A stretch of 64,000 nt of DNA from the NCBI GenBank assembly GCA_039714535.1, contig JBDLJC010000009.1:7973-71972 (forward strand). Reading direction: 5' to 3'. The position numbers were made by a program, and so were the translations under genes. Under the pieces are notes generated by a model. That model made no database searches. It saw only the letters and a program-made list of their open reading frames with translations, and was not told where the DNA came from. Source of the stretch: Thermodesulfobacteriota bacterium. Lineage in GTDB: Bacteria > Desulfobacterota > Desulfobulbia > Desulfobulbales > JAGXFP01. Below are positions 1 to 9,979 of this stretch, piece after piece (position 1 is the stretch's first letter; every line of letters begins with the position of its first letter).

Positions 1-176
1 AGTATGTTCTCACACACTAACCGGTTCTGAATATAAAGGAAATCTGTTTAGGGGCCAGCTGGCCCGATTTGGCGGCTGAGTGTCGTCGGCAAATGGTTTG
101 TTTCTAGTCGTAACCGATTAATATTGATAATATAATTGTATGGCTGGCAGGTGCGTAAAGACGGAAAAAGAGGATT

Positions 177-1925
177 ATGAACGAAACTTTTGATCTATGG
201 CAGTTGTTGGCGGGGCTCGGCATTTTTATTTTCGGGATGCATCTCCTCGAGGACTCCGTGAAATCTTTGTCCGGCAGGGCGTTTCGGCGGATGATCTCCA
301 ATTATACCAGGGGACGGCTGCGGGCAATCGGCAGTGGCGCCATGGTGACCGGGGTGTTGCAGAGCAGTTCGGCGGTCTCCCTTATGGTCCTGGCCTTTGT
401 CGGGGCCGGGGTAGTGAACATGGAGAATGCCATAGCGGTGATGATGGGCGCCAATATCGGCACCACTTTCACCGCCTGGGTCGTTGCATTTCTCGGTTTC
501 AAACTGGAGATCGACAGCTTTGCCTTCCCGTTCATTGCCATTGCCGGTATTGGCCTGATATTTTCCGAAGTCACCTCCAGGCTCTTCAGTCTAAGCAGAT
601 TTTTGCTTGGTTTCGGCTTCCTGTTCCTTGGCCTCAATTATATGAAGGTCAGTGTGGAAGGTCTTTCCCTGCTCTTCGATCTGAGCCAGTTCCACGATTA
701 CGGTCTTTGGCTGTATCTGGTGGCTGGCGTCGCTCTTACCGCTCTGATGCAGTCGAGTTCGGCCACCATTGCTATCGTGCTGACGGCGATGAATAGTCAA
801 CTGATCAGTTTTAATATGGGGGTGGCGATGGTTATTGGCGCCAATGTCGGCACCACCGTCACTGTTATGCTGGGTTCGCTCGGTAGAGGGGTGCGGGCCA
901 AAAAGATAGTGGGCATGAGCCATCTCGTCTTTAATCTGGTTACCGGTTTTATCGCTTTTCTCGGGATCAATGGGTTGGTCTGGCTGGTTGGGATTTCGGT
1001 CGACATAAATTCCAACAGCGTGATGGGGCTGGCCCTCTTCCATACCTTATTCAATATCCTAGGTGTGCTTCTTTTCTACCCGTTCATCGTCCTGCTGGCC
1101 CGGACGCTGGACGGAATTTATCCGCAACGGCAGAGGGTGCTGACCGTTTATCTGGATCGGACTCCGGTCGAGGTGGCCGATGCGGCTGCTGCCGCCCTGG
1201 CCAAAGAGATCAGTCACCTGCTTGAGGAATGCCAACTCTATAACCTGCGGGTGCTGGAAATCGAGGAGAAACTTGTCTTTGCTCACGATTTGCCCTTCGA
1301 AAAGAGTGGTGGAAAGAAATTCGGTCTTGCTGATCTGTATGCGAATATCAAACTTCTCCATGCGGAAATTTTTGCCTATTACGCTAAACTTCAGGCCCAG
1401 AAACTAGAAGAACCCGAGGTCCATAACCTGGAAAGGGTGATCTTTGCCTCCAGAAACATCATGAACTCGATCAAAAATTTCAAGGGGATCAGGGCTGATC
1501 TGGATGAGTTCGATGCTTCGGAGAATAAATATCTGAACGGGCAATACAAGTTGTTTCGTAAGAGATTGCTGGAGTTATACCAGGGCATGAATTTTCTTCG
1601 CAATCTGGACAGCCGGGAGGAGCAGTACCGGGAATTATTGAAGCTTTTCCTCCATATCGAAGAGGCGGATAAAACTTTTATCAGGGAGACCATGGATGCG
1701 GTTTCCGACAATAAAGTTCGGGAAATGGAGATAGCCTCGCTCCTGCTGGTTAACCGTTTGTTCACCCAAGGCTGCCGACTGCAGGTCTTCGCCATGAAAG
1801 ATTTGCTCTTATCTCCCGAACAGATCAACGATTTTGACCGGGCCCTGGATATGAAAGAACTGATTGAAGAGGAAAAGGCCAAGGAAGCAAAAAACAACCT
1901 CGACGAAAAACAGGCTGCCGGTTGA
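177..1925 (+). CDS. Na+/phosphate cotransporter family protein with C-terminal PhoU-like helical domain
   Basis: 582-aa ORF. The polytopic N-terminal half carries the duplicated Na/Pi-cotransporter signature (VLQSSSAVS and LMQSSSATI). The C-terminal ~230 aa are soluble and helical, PhoU-like. Recognised by eye. Confidence 0.85.
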   Translation: MNETFDLWQLLAGLGIFIFGMHLLEDSVKSLSGRAFRRMISNYTRGRLRAIGSGAMVTGVLQSSSAVSLMVLAFVGAGVVNMENAIAVMMGANIGTTFTAWVVAFLGFKLEIDSFAFPFIAIAGIGLIFSEVTSRLFSLSRFLLGFGFLFLGLNYMKVSVEGLSLLFDLSQFHDYGLWLYLVAGVALTALMQSSSATIAIVLTAMNSQLISFNMGVAMVIGANVGTTVTVMLGSLGRGVRAKKIVGMSHLVFNLVTGFIAFLGINGLVWLVGISVDINSNSVMGLALFHTLFNILGVLLFYPFIVLLARTLDGIYPQRQRVLTVYLDRTPVEVADAAAAALAKEISHLLEECQLYNLRVLEIEEKLVFAHDLPFEKSGGKKFGLADLYANIKLLHAEIFAYYAKLQAQKLEEPEVHNLERVIFASRNIMNSIKNFKGIRADLDEFDASENKYLNGQYKLFRKRLLELYQGMNFLRNLDSREEQYRELLKLFLHIEEADKTFIRETMDAVSDNKVREMEIASLLLVNRLFTQGCRLQVFAMKDLLLSPEQINDFDRALDMKELIEEEKAKEAKNNLDEKQAAG

Positions 1926-2042
1926 TTTCCTGGTCGGCAGCCATTGCATGATGGTTGGGGCTGTGTTATAGGTTCGGGCGGCGTGCGGGCCTTAACTGCA
2001 CGCCCTTCCATGGCCGCTTATTCGGCCATGTTATTTATATAG

Positions 2043-2071
2043 GGAGTCATCTTCGGATGGCTCCTTTTTTT
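2043..2071 (+). terminator. Rho-independent terminator candidate
   Basis: Stem GGAGTCATC-ttcg-GATGGCTCC (one mismatch) followed by T7, about 118 nt after the stop at 1925. Confidence 0.6.
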
Positions 2072-2086
2072 GTGCCTGGACTGTAG

Positions 2087-3424
2087 TTAGGAATAGATCC
2101 TGGGTTTGGTGATTTTGCTGATGGTCTTGTAGCTGTCGTAATTCCAGAAGAAGGAGATGCCGGTTGCAAAAAGGCTGCGGGTTTTGACAAAGGTCTTGAG
2201 GCCTCGTTTAAGTGAGGTCAAGGGGGAAGATACGGCCTGGTAGGCGTCGATCAGTCCCTGATACAGTTCTTCCGGTCCCATGTGATTGGGCTGGTAGACC
2301 GGTTCGAAGATGTTATAGGCCTCCCAATCCTGCGGGTAGTTGTTGAGGAGCAGGCGTTTTTCCTCGGTCAGTTGTTGGTAAAGGGCGGTGCCGGGCAGCG
2401 GGGTCTGGATACTGAGCTGGACGGCATCGACCTCGGCTTCCATAATAAAATCGAGGGTCCGCTTGAAGGTATCCGCATCGTCATTATCGGTGCCGAAAAT
2501 GAAACCGCCGACAATGGCGATGCCGTGGTCGTGGATCTTTTTGATGGCGTCTTTAAAGTTCCGGGTGGTGGGGCGCATATTTATTTTTTTGCCCATGCCC
2601 CCGAGCACCTCCTGCTCGATCGATTCGAAACCGATCAAAAAAGCCTTGGCGCCGCTATCAGCGGCCGCCTTCAGTAGGCCGTCGTGCTCGACGATGTTCA
2701 GACAGGTCTGGCCGCCCCATTCCTTGCCGGTGTCCTGCAGCCGTTCAAAAAGACGAAAGGCCCGGTCGATACAGTTCTGACCGGAACCGATGATGTTGTC
2801 GTCGATTATAAAGAGGCGCTTGTCGGGGATGGAGTTGATTTCGGCTATGACATTGTCGATTTTCCGCATCCGGTACTGGCCGCCGTTGAACTGGGTTACC
2901 GAACAGAACTTGCAGTTATGGGGACATCCCCGCGAGGTCTGAACGGTCTGGACGAAATACTTGTTGGTCAGGAGGTCGCGGCGGGGAGCAGGCAGATTAG
3001 TGATGTCCGGTCGTTTTTCGACCCGGTAAAATTTTTGCATTCGGCTTGCCGAAAAATCCTGCAGCAATTGAGGCCATAATTCCTCGCCCTCGCCGACCAC
3101 GACCGCATCGGCGTATCGGCTGGCTTCTTCCGGCATCATTGAGGGATGAATACCACCCAGCACCACCGTCACCCCCCGTTTACGGAATTCGCTACTGATC
3201 TCGTAGGCCCTGGGGGCCAGAGGGGTCATGCAGGTAATGCCGACCAGATCGGCATCGGTGTTGTAATCGATATCGTCAAAGGCCTCGTCAATGATCTGCA
3301 CCTCATATTCGGCGGGGGTGTGGCTGGCGATCAGCCCCAAGTTGAGGGGTGGCAAGGCCAGAACCCGGACATTTTCGAGGAGTTTGGTGCGATAGGCCGG
3401 GCTGATTAGTAATATTTTTTTCAT
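2087..3424 (-). CDS. B12-binding-domain radical SAM protein (class B type)
   Basis: The ORF runs 2087..3445. The preferred start is ATG 3424 (MKKILLISP), preceded by AGGAG. An N-terminal B12-binding-like Rossmann segment (VGITCMT...VVLGGIHPS) is followed by the radical SAM cluster motif CPHNCKFC. Confidence 0.85.
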   Translation of the reverse strand: MKKILLISPAYRTKLLENVRVLALPPLNLGLIASHTPAEYEVQIIDEAFDDIDYNTDADLVGITCMTPLAPRAYEISSEFRKRGVTVVLGGIHPSMMPEEASRYADAVVVGEGEELWPQLLQDFSASRMQKFYRVEKRPDITNLPAPRRDLLTNKYFVQTVQTSRGCPHNCKFCSVTQFNGGQYRMRKIDNVIAEINSIPDKRLFIIDDNIIGSGQNCIDRAFRLFERLQDTGKEWGGQTCLNIVEHDGLLKAAADSGAKAFLIGFESIEQEVLGGMGKKINMRPTTRNFKDAIKKIHDHGIAIVGGFIFGTDNDDADTFKRTLDFIMEAEVDAVQLSIQTPLPGTALYQQLTEEKRLLLNNYPQDWEAYNIFEPVYQPNHMGPEELYQGLIDAYQAVSSPLTSLKRGLKTFVKTRSLFATGISFFWNYDSYKTISKITKPRIYS

Positions 3425-3437
3425 GTCAAGTCTCCTG

Positions 3438-4439
3438 TTAAGCAATGGCCTTGGCCAGATCTCGATATAGTTCTTCTTCCAGCGTGGCGATCTCCATCAG
3501 GATTTTGGCCATGACCGGAAAGCTGTCCTCGGTTCCGGCGCGGCCCTTACAGTTTCGCGCCGCCCGGACGGCTAACTCCCGCCAGCGGTCACCGATGGCG
3601 GTCATTCTTGCCGAGAAGGCAATAAAGCGGTCATCATTGAGATGGGCGGCTGCTTCCTGGAGGAAGGCTGCGTAGATGAAGCGAAAGCCGGCCCCACCGG
3701 TGCCGATCTCCTCCTGCATTCTGAGTAATTGCCCCAGATGGAGCAGGGCATTTTCCTCACCCAATTTGGCGGGCCATCTCTCCAGTCGTTTGGCCAAAAA
3801 GCGGATGCCGGAAATACCGATGATCGGCAGAGGGTACTTGAGCATGGCCTTGGTGGCGGTTTTGATCCCGTTTTTTATCGCTTTCGGGAAATCAAGCTGA
3901 TCCGGAACCTTACTCAGGCAGTACATTTTACCTTTGGGGGCCAGGGCTCCTTTGGCGAAACGGGCCTTCCGCAGATCAGCGGCCCCGCAGACCACCGGTT
4001 CCGGAAAGACCGGATCGCTGATCAGGTAGCTGTCTCCCTTCTTGCCGAATACCACCAGATTATGCATGTTGAAGTGAAAGCGGTAGGCATCCGGGAAATA
4101 GGGAAGCCACCAGGCCCCGGTCTGCAGGCCCACCGGTGTGCCCTTGGCGAGGGATTCATCCAAAACGGCCATGGCGAGCTGCTGGTCACGGAACTTTCTG
4201 GTCTCAATCTTGATGCCCAGTTCCCTGGTGACCCTTTTAAAGATAGAGCCGGCGGCGACCCGGAAAGTGGTCAGCGGTAGATGGTTCAACCTGATAAAAG
4301 GGATATAGCCGAAGAACAGCCCGGCCCCGATGCCAAAGGTCATGGCCTCGCTTATCTCGACTCCGTAGTGGGAGATCAGACCGGCGGTGGCGCCGTTTTC
4401 GCAGTGGGCGGATTGGCGGTGCTTATAATCTATTTTCAT
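3438..4439 (-). CDS. BtrH_N-like papain-fold protein (BtrH_N + DUF4872-type architecture)
   Basis: 333-aa ORF. The N-terminal HCENGATAGLISHYG resembles the catalytic-Cys region of BtrH_N-domain proteins. Its start lies 1 nt after the stop of the upstream ORF. The family call is from memory of the motif and has not been searched. Confidence 0.6.
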   Translation of the reverse strand: MKIDYKHRQSAHCENGATAGLISHYGVEISEAMTFGIGAGLFFGYIPFIRLNHLPLTTFRVAAGSIFKRVTRELGIKIETRKFRDQQLAMAVLDESLAKGTPVGLQTGAWWLPYFPDAYRFHFNMHNLVVFGKKGDSYLISDPVFPEPVVCGAADLRKARFAKGALAPKGKMYCLSKVPDQLDFPKAIKNGIKTATKAMLKYPLPIIGISGIRFLAKRLERWPAKLGEENALLHLGQLLRMQEEIGTGGAGFRFIYAAFLQEAAAHLNDDRFIAFSARMTAIGDRWRELAVRAARNCKGRAGTEDSFPVMAKILMEIATLEEELYRDLAKAIA

Positions 4440-4440
4440 G

Positions 4441-4872
4441 CTATTTCTGGTCCTGACCTGGAATTTTCAATCTTTTTACCAGCAATACATCTTGCAGTTG
4501 CTCCACCGTCACTTTAAGCAGACTCGCATAGCGGTTGAGCAGATTGTTATTCAATTTTTTAAATATCCGTGGTTTGAGGTGCCGTTTGACTCGCCAGCGC
4601 ATGATTCCCATATACTGGGCCAGCAGGGCAACATCCATCTGGTTCCGGGCCATATGGTAGACCAGAGGGGATGCCTCGTTATTAAGGACCTGGAGGCGGG
4701 CCTTCTCGATCTGCTCTGCGATCACTTCCCAGGCCTGATAGTTGGAGATGTTTTTCGGCTCCCAGCCGGCGCTGGGCACCATGACGTAAGCACCGTTGTC
4801 ATCAACCGCGTAGGTGACTTCTTTCAGGCCATCGGCAAGACCTTGATCCTGCGGGACTTCTTCTTTGCGCAT
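4441..4872 (-). CDS. Hypothetical protein, first gene of the rSAM operon (possible C-terminal helix-turn-helix)
   Basis: 143-aa ORF tightly abutting the next gene. No family recognised. The Shine-Dalgarno sequence is weak. Confidence 0.5.
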   Translation of the reverse strand: MRKEEVPQDQGLADGLKEVTYAVDDNGAYVMVPSAGWEPKNISNYQAWEVIAEQIEKARLQVLNNEASPLVYHMARNQMDVALLAQYMGIMRWRVKRHLKPRIFKKLNNNLLNRYASLLKVTVEQLQDVLLVKRLKIPGQDQK

Positions 4873-5278
4873 CTTATTCTCTAAACTTGGGCCATTATTG
4901 GTGTCGTTCTGAAAGTCTCTTGCTGAATGTCATTGTTGGACTGGTAATATATTCAAATACCAGATAAATTACCAATCAGATTTAATGAGGTGGGGTTTTT
5001 CTTATTAAAAAGACGGGTTTGCCATTGAAGTGAGCGGCGCGGCTAAAAACCCCGCGCGAGAGGTAGACGTTGTTCTTCGCATTCAGTCTACTGACTGGCT
5101 CGGAGCTTTTGACGATTGATTAGAATATTGCCCATTTTGGCATTACAATTGACTATGCGGCCTAGTAATATCAACTAGTTGTAGAGCGCTCAGCCCAGTG
5201 TTCTGCCATGATATCAGTTGGTTAGCGTACCACTTGGCCTTTCTTAGAAGCCACTTTTGGGGGTCAGAAAGAGCCTTC

Positions 5279-5347
5279 TAAGCTCAAAAACGCCCCTGTT
5301 TCTAGGTTCTTTTATCATGATTTCAACGTGTTGGCTTGGTCCGACCC
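5279..5347 (+). repeat. Bipartite repeat, copy a (TAAGCYCRAAAAACGCC - N39 - GCTTGGTCCGACCC)
   Basis: Direct comparison with 5563..5632. The flanks are conserved and the ~38-39 nt centre is not. Confidence 0.6.
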
Positions 5348-5562
5348 TAAGTTGCCTAAGTTGCTAAGATAGTCTTGTTAGACAAGAAATTTGCACTATG
5401 TTAATGTGCCGGGAACTAAGTTTAAGAAATGACCTCTTTGTTTTATTTGGTTGAGTGATGTTGGCCTTCTTCATTGGAGACAGATATATTGAATAGTCTT
5501 GACGAGCTTTTTAGATAATTAGTCGTCTTAGACTGCTCTTTTTCATGGTAAAAAGGGTGCTT

Positions 5563-5632
5563 TAAGCCCGAAAAACGCCTATATTTTAAATATATAGTTA
5601 ATAAGTTTGAATAGTTAGCTTGGTCCGACCCC
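5563..5632 (+). repeat. Bipartite repeat, copy b
   Basis: ttaagcccgaaaaacgcc ... N38 ... gcttggtccgacccc. Same flanks and spacing as copy a. Confidence 0.6.
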
Positions 5633-5857
5633 AGTGCGCATTTATTGCTGTTATGTTTTTATCTATTTGTAATAAAAAGATAAATGGTGGCTTTGCACAT
5701 AGGAGATATCATGACTTCCCATCCTTATACTCAGTAGAAATTTTCAGTTTGAGGAGGGCTGATTATTTTAGATATTGGGATGCAATTTTTAATAACTGGC
5801 AAACCTTATACTCCTCATTAAACCATTGGTTATTGATCTAGCTGAACCTATATCCAG

Positions 5858-6526
5858 TTATTCGTTATAAACTTCCGGTGTGTGCCGAACTATTTCGGCA
5901 TCTACCAGATAGACTACATCTTCTGCAATATTGGTTGCGTGATCAGCCATTCTCTCCAGATGCCTGCCAACCGACAATGTGTGCAGCAGACTATTGATAT
6001 CTTCAGGATGGGCCACCAGCTCTTCTTTTACCATGGCGTACATATTGCGGTTCAGCTCATCTATATTATCATCGGCAGCCCGGACTTTATGGGCCAAGGA
6101 AACATCCATATTGACCAATGAATCTATGCTTTGACTCAGCATCTTTTCAACCTTCGTTGCCATCTCTGAAATAATTTCAGCGAAAAAGACACTCTTCTGG
6201 TCGGCCAAATATATCGACCGCTCCGCGATGTTTACCGCCAAATCGCCGACCCTTTCCAGGTCACTGTTTATCTTCAGCACTGCAATGATGAAGCGCAGGT
6301 CGATGGCTACCGGCTGGTGCAAAGCGAGGATCTTCAGACATTCTTCTTCGATCTCGACCTCCAGTTCATCAATCTCCGGGTCCCTGGTGATGATTTCTTC
6401 GGCCATCCGCCCGTCACGATTCAAAACCGACTTGGTGGCAAGGTACACCATGTCTTCAACGATGGAGCTCATGACCAGCAACTTTTTCTTCAGATTATCG
6501 ATCTCTCGTTGTAAGTGTCTTGGCAT
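5858..6526 (-). CDS. phoU: Phosphate signalling complex protein PhoU
   Basis: 222 aa, two PhoU repeats (…DLERVGD…, …HLERMADHATNIAE…). Last gene of the pst operon. Confidence 0.9.
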   Translation of the reverse strand: MPRHLQREIDNLKKKLLVMSSIVEDMVYLATKSVLNRDGRMAEEIITRDPEIDELEVEIEEECLKILALHQPVAIDLRFIIAVLKINSDLERVGDLAVNIAERSIYLADQKSVFFAEIISEMATKVEKMLSQSIDSLVNMDVSLAHKVRAADDNIDELNRNMYAMVKEELVAHPEDINSLLHTLSVGRHLERMADHATNIAEDVVYLVDAEIVRHTPEVYNE

Positions 6527-6541
6527 TACACGCTCCTTTTT

Positions 6542-7318
6542 TCAGCCAAACCTGCCGGTAATATAATCTTCGGTCTGCTTTGCCTTAGGGTTGGTAAATA
6601 GATTACTGGTCACACCGTACTCCACAAGACTGCCTTCATAAAAAAAGGCGGTATAATCTGAAACTCTGGCCGCCTGCTGCATATTATGGGTAACGATGAT
6701 GATCGTATAGTCTTCTTTCAGTTCACCGATGAGATCTTCAACCTTGGCGGTTGATCGCGGATCAAGAGCAGAGGCAGGTTCATCCATCAAAAGGATTTCA
6801 GGTTGTACGGCCAGAGCCCTGGCAATACAAAGCCGCTGCTGCTGGCCACCGGAAAGACCTAAAGCATTGTCATCGAGGCGGTCTTTAACCTCATCCCACA
6901 ACCCGGAGCGCTCCAAGCTCTTTTCAACGATCTCGGTCAACAGTTCGCTGCTCTTTATCCCGTGGATTCTTGGCCCATATGCAACATTGTCAAAGATCGA
7001 TTTGGGGAAAGGATTTGATTTCTGGAAAACCATCCCGACACTTTTTCGTAATGAAACGATATCCATTCCCGATTCATAAATATCGGTACCATCTATCTTT
7101 ATCGTACCAGCCAGACGGGTATCATCAATGATGTCGTTCATCCGGTTCAAGGTCCGCAGAAATGTTGATTTCCCGCAACCGGACGGACCGATCAGGGCCG
7201 TAACCATCTTGCTGGGGATAGACAGGTTGATATTAAACAGGGCCTGAGTGTCACCGTAATAAAAGTTCAATTCCGCCACTTCAATGGCTGTATCGGTCGG
7301 TTTTACTTTAACTACCAT
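6542..7318 (-). CDS. pstB: Phosphate ABC transporter ATP-binding protein PstB
   Basis: Walker [13 protein letters not shown] signature LSGGQQQR, Walker B LLMDEP. Lies in pst context. Confidence 0.95.
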   Translation of the reverse strand: MVVKVKPTDTAIEVAELNFYYGDTQALFNINLSIPSKMVTALIGPSGCGKSTFLRTLNRMNDIIDDTRLAGTIKIDGTDIYESGMDIVSLRKSVGMVFQKSNPFPKSIFDNVAYGPRIHGIKSSELLTEIVEKSLERSGLWDEVKDRLDDNALGLSGGQQQRLCIARALAVQPEILLMDEPASALDPRSTAKVEDLIGELKEDYTIIIVTHNMQQAARVSDYTAFFYEGSLVEYGVTSNLFTNPKAKQTEDYITGRFG

Positions 7319-8163
7319 CTATATTTTCTCCTGAAATGTGACCTGATGATGATCGCGCCCAGGCTTAAGCCAAGAACCAGGATCAGTAGAACCAGCGCGG
7401 TCCCGTATTGCAAAGGGAGGACCTTGCTGGCATCAGGATGTTGGGTCGCCAGAATGTACAGGTGATATGGCAAAGCCATTACCTGATCAAAGATAGACTG
7501 GGGGAGTCTAGGCAAAAAGAATGCCGCCACTGTCAACAAGATTGGGGCAGTTTCTCCGGCGGCCCGGCCAATCCCGAGAATAGCCCCGGTAATTATCCCG
7601 GAAAATGAATAGGGAAGCACATTGGTCCTTACCGCCTGCCATTTGCTAGCGCCCAGGGCTAGGCTTCCTTCCCGGAATGAACGGGGGACAGCCCGCAACG
7701 CTTCCTCGCTCGTAACGATTATAGTCGGCAGGACCATGCAGGCTAGGGTGATGCTGCCTGCCAGGATCGAAGCACCAAAACCGAAAAATATTACAAAAAG
7801 ACCCAGGCCGAAAAGACCAAACACTATTGAGGGTACCCCTGCCAGGGTGATGATCGCCAGGCGGATCAGCTCTGTGACCCTGTTCCTCCGTGCGTACTCA
7901 GAAAGATAGATGGCACTGCCAACTCCGAAGGGCAGCGCAATAAGGATGGTCCCGGCTACGAGATAAGCCGTACCGACTATGGCCGGGAAGATTCCCCCCT
8001 CTGCTCCACCGCGTCGTGGCATTTCAGTCAGAAACTGCCAGTTGATGACAGGCAAGCCGTGCCAAATAATATCAACCAGTATGTAACCTATGACAAAAAC
8101 GATGGCATAGGTTGTCAAACGCAGCCCGCTGGTGATCAGTATTTCCTTTAACTTATAGCTCAT
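7312..8163 (-). CDS. pstA: Phosphate ABC transporter permease PstA
   Basis: 283-aa polytopic permease with an EAA-like loop (ALGASKWQ). Overlaps pstB and pstC. Confidence 0.9.
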   Translation of the reverse strand: MSYKLKEILITSGLRLTTYAIVFVIGYILVDIIWHGLPVINWQFLTEMPRRGGAEGGIFPAIVGTAYLVAGTILIALPFGVGSAIYLSEYARRNRVTELIRLAIITLAGVPSIVFGLFGLGLFVIFFGFGASILAGSITLACMVLPTIIVTSEEALRAVPRSFREGSLALGASKWQAVRTNVLPYSFSGIITGAILGIGRAAGETAPILLTVAAFFLPRLPQSIFDQVMALPYHLYILATQHPDASKVLPLQYGTALVLLILVLGLSLGAIIIRSHFRRKYRW

Positions 8164-9026
8164 CTGAACATCCCGTATTTTTTCAGGACGCGCTGGGCCA
8201 CGACATTGAGGGAAAAGGTCATGATGAGGAGAAGAATCCCGATCCAGAAGAGCGACTGATAATGAGTGCTGCCGAATGGCACTTCCCCCATTTCCGCAGC
8301 AATAGTAGCGGTCATTGTCCTGACCGATTCCAGTGGGTTCCCTGTTATTCTGGCGGCATTGCCGGTGACCATCAGAACGGCCATGGTTTCACCTATCACA
8401 CGGCCCGCTCCCAGCATTACAGCGGCAACAATACCGGGCAGCGCCGCCGGTACGACAACCTTGAAAACCGTCTGCATCCGGCTGGCGCCGAGAGCGAGAG
8501 AAGCATTCTTATAGGCTGAAGGCACACTGTTTATGGCATCTTCCGAAACAGAAATTATGGTCGGAGTGGCCATCAGGGCCAGGAGAATAGCGCCTGAAAG
8601 CGCATTAAGCCCGCTGTTCAAACCAAAAACACTCTTGACCAGGGGTGCAAGAACGATCAGGCCGAAAAAACCCAGGACGACCGAGGGGATACTGGCCAGC
8701 AGTTCGATAAATGGTTTGAGTATTTCCTTCTCGGACGGATTTGCCACTTCAGCAATGTAGATTGAGGAAAGGACTGAAGCAGGGACTGCAAAGGCCATTG
8801 CCAGCAGGGTGATAAGACCGGTTCCTGTCAATAATGGCAGAAGACCGTATCGTTCTTCCTGGAAAGAAACCGGCAACCATTTCGAATCGAGCAACGAAGC
8901 GAGACCGGGATGCTTGATAAAAGGCAGAGCCTCCTTGAAAAGGAAGATAAAAATGAGCAGCATTATCAGAATACTGGTCGAGGCTACCCCGAGGAAGCTC
9001 AGTTTGATTGCCTTGTCTTTCCACAT
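8160..9026 (-). CDS. pstC: Phosphate ABC transporter permease PstC
   Basis: 288-aa polytopic permease (ALGASRMQT loop). 4-nt overlap with pstA. Confidence 0.9.
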   Translation of the reverse strand: MWKDKAIKLSFLGVASTSILIMLLIFIFLFKEALPFIKHPGLASLLDSKWLPVSFQEERYGLLPLLTGTGLITLLAMAFAVPASVLSSIYIAEVANPSEKEILKPFIELLASIPSVVLGFFGLIVLAPLVKSVFGLNSGLNALSGAILLALMATPTIISVSEDAINSVPSAYKNASLALGASRMQTVFKVVVPAALPGIVAAVMLGAGRVIGETMAVLMVTGNAARITGNPLESVRTMTATIAAEMGEVPFGSTHYQSLFWIGILLLIMTFSLNVVAQRVLKKYGMFR

Positions 9027-9039
9027 GATCGACAGCGCC

Positions 9040-9927
9040 TTATCTTATAGCTACATATCCGGTTTCACGGACGATCTTCTGCCCGCTGTTGTTCAGGGCA
9101 AAATCAATAAAATCCTTCTTGATCCCGGAAGCAGGCCCGGCGGTATAGAGGAACAGCGGACGGGCGATCGGGTAAGAACCATCCTTTACGCTAATTTCCG
9201 AAGGGATTATAGCTGGAGAACCCTTCTTGGCTGCGACGTTTACAACCTTGATCTTATCTTTGGCGTCCTTGGTGTAGCCCAGCCCGACATACCCGATAGA
9301 CCATTGGTCATTAACTATATTATTGATGATCGCCGAAGTCCCCGGCATAAAGAGGGCCTTGTCGGTATAATCTCGCTTTTCAAGGACCAGCTTCTGGAAA
9401 AAGACGAAAGTGCCGGAACTTGACTCCCTGGACATCACAAGGATCTGCTTGTCCGGACCGCCCAGTTGCGCCCAATTGCTGACTGCGCCAGTAAATATTT
9501 TCCGCAGTTCCTCAAGGGTTAACTCATTGATCGGATTTGCCGGATTTACAACCACCGCGATGCCGTCAAGGGCTACCTCGTATTCAACAGGGGATATCCC
9601 CTTGCTAGCCGCGAGATCCATTTCCTTCTTTTTAATCTTTCGTGAGGCGGCACAGATATCGGTGGTTCCGTTCAGCAGGGCGGCGATTCCGGTACCCGAA
9701 CCGCCACCTGTCACTGAAAGGTCGGCATCTGGGTGGTCAGTCATGAATTGCTCTGCCCAACTGCTGACCAGATGCACCATAGTATCAGAGCCTTTAATGG
9801 TCAGATAACGGGCCTCAGCCGAAGTCTTTTTGCCTTCAGATGTCTGGTCGCCACCATCTGAACAACCGGTGGAAAAAGCAAATCCCAATAGACTGATCAC
9901 AAAAAGAAATTTTTTGAAGTAATTCAT
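9040..9927 (-). CDS. pstS: Phosphate ABC transporter substrate-binding lipoprotein PstS
   Basis: Signal peptide with lipobox FSTGC. Phosphate-binding-protein motifs (GSDTM, GGGSGTG, SRESSSGT). Confidence 0.9.
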   Translation of the reverse strand: MNYFKKFLFVISLLGFAFSTGCSDGGDQTSEGKKTSAEARYLTIKGSDTMVHLVSSWAEQFMTDHPDADLSVTGGGSGTGIAALLNGTTDICAASRKIKKKEMDLAASKGISPVEYEVALDGIAVVVNPANPINELTLEELRKIFTGAVSNWAQLGGPDKQILVMSRESSSGTFVFFQKLVLEKRDYTDKALFMPGTSAIINNIVNDQWSIGYVGLGYTKDAKDKIKVVNVAAKKGSPAIIPSEISVKDGSYPIARPLFLYTAGPASGIKKDFIDFALNNSGQKIVRETGYVAIR

Positions 9928-9979
9928 TGCAGTTCTCTCCCAATAATATGCAGGTATGGCAAACGCCCGATTAATTTTT

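Larger units (their letters stand above)
4873..5857. other. ~1-kb visibly AT-rich gene-free tract
   Basis: No ORF of 60 aa or more except an implausible TTG-started 73-aa frame. The tract contains duplicated motifs, short palindromes and a 9-nt tandem (taagttgc-c x2.5 at 5347-5368). Confidence 0.7.

Noticed and set aside
197-1407. Alternative-frame ORFs overlapping the Na/Pi cotransporter gene (197-796, 302-637, 591-1043, 797-1054 and others)
   Set aside because: All overlap the 582-aa transporter ORF, which has clear family signatures. Their translations are Arg/Gly/Pro-rich frame-shadow products.
5620-5841. 73-aa TTG-started ORF inside the AT-rich tract
   Set aside because: It has a non-ATG start without a Shine-Dalgarno sequence. 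Its composition is typical of a random frame in AT-rich DNA, and it begins inside repeat copy b. It is not supported as a gene.
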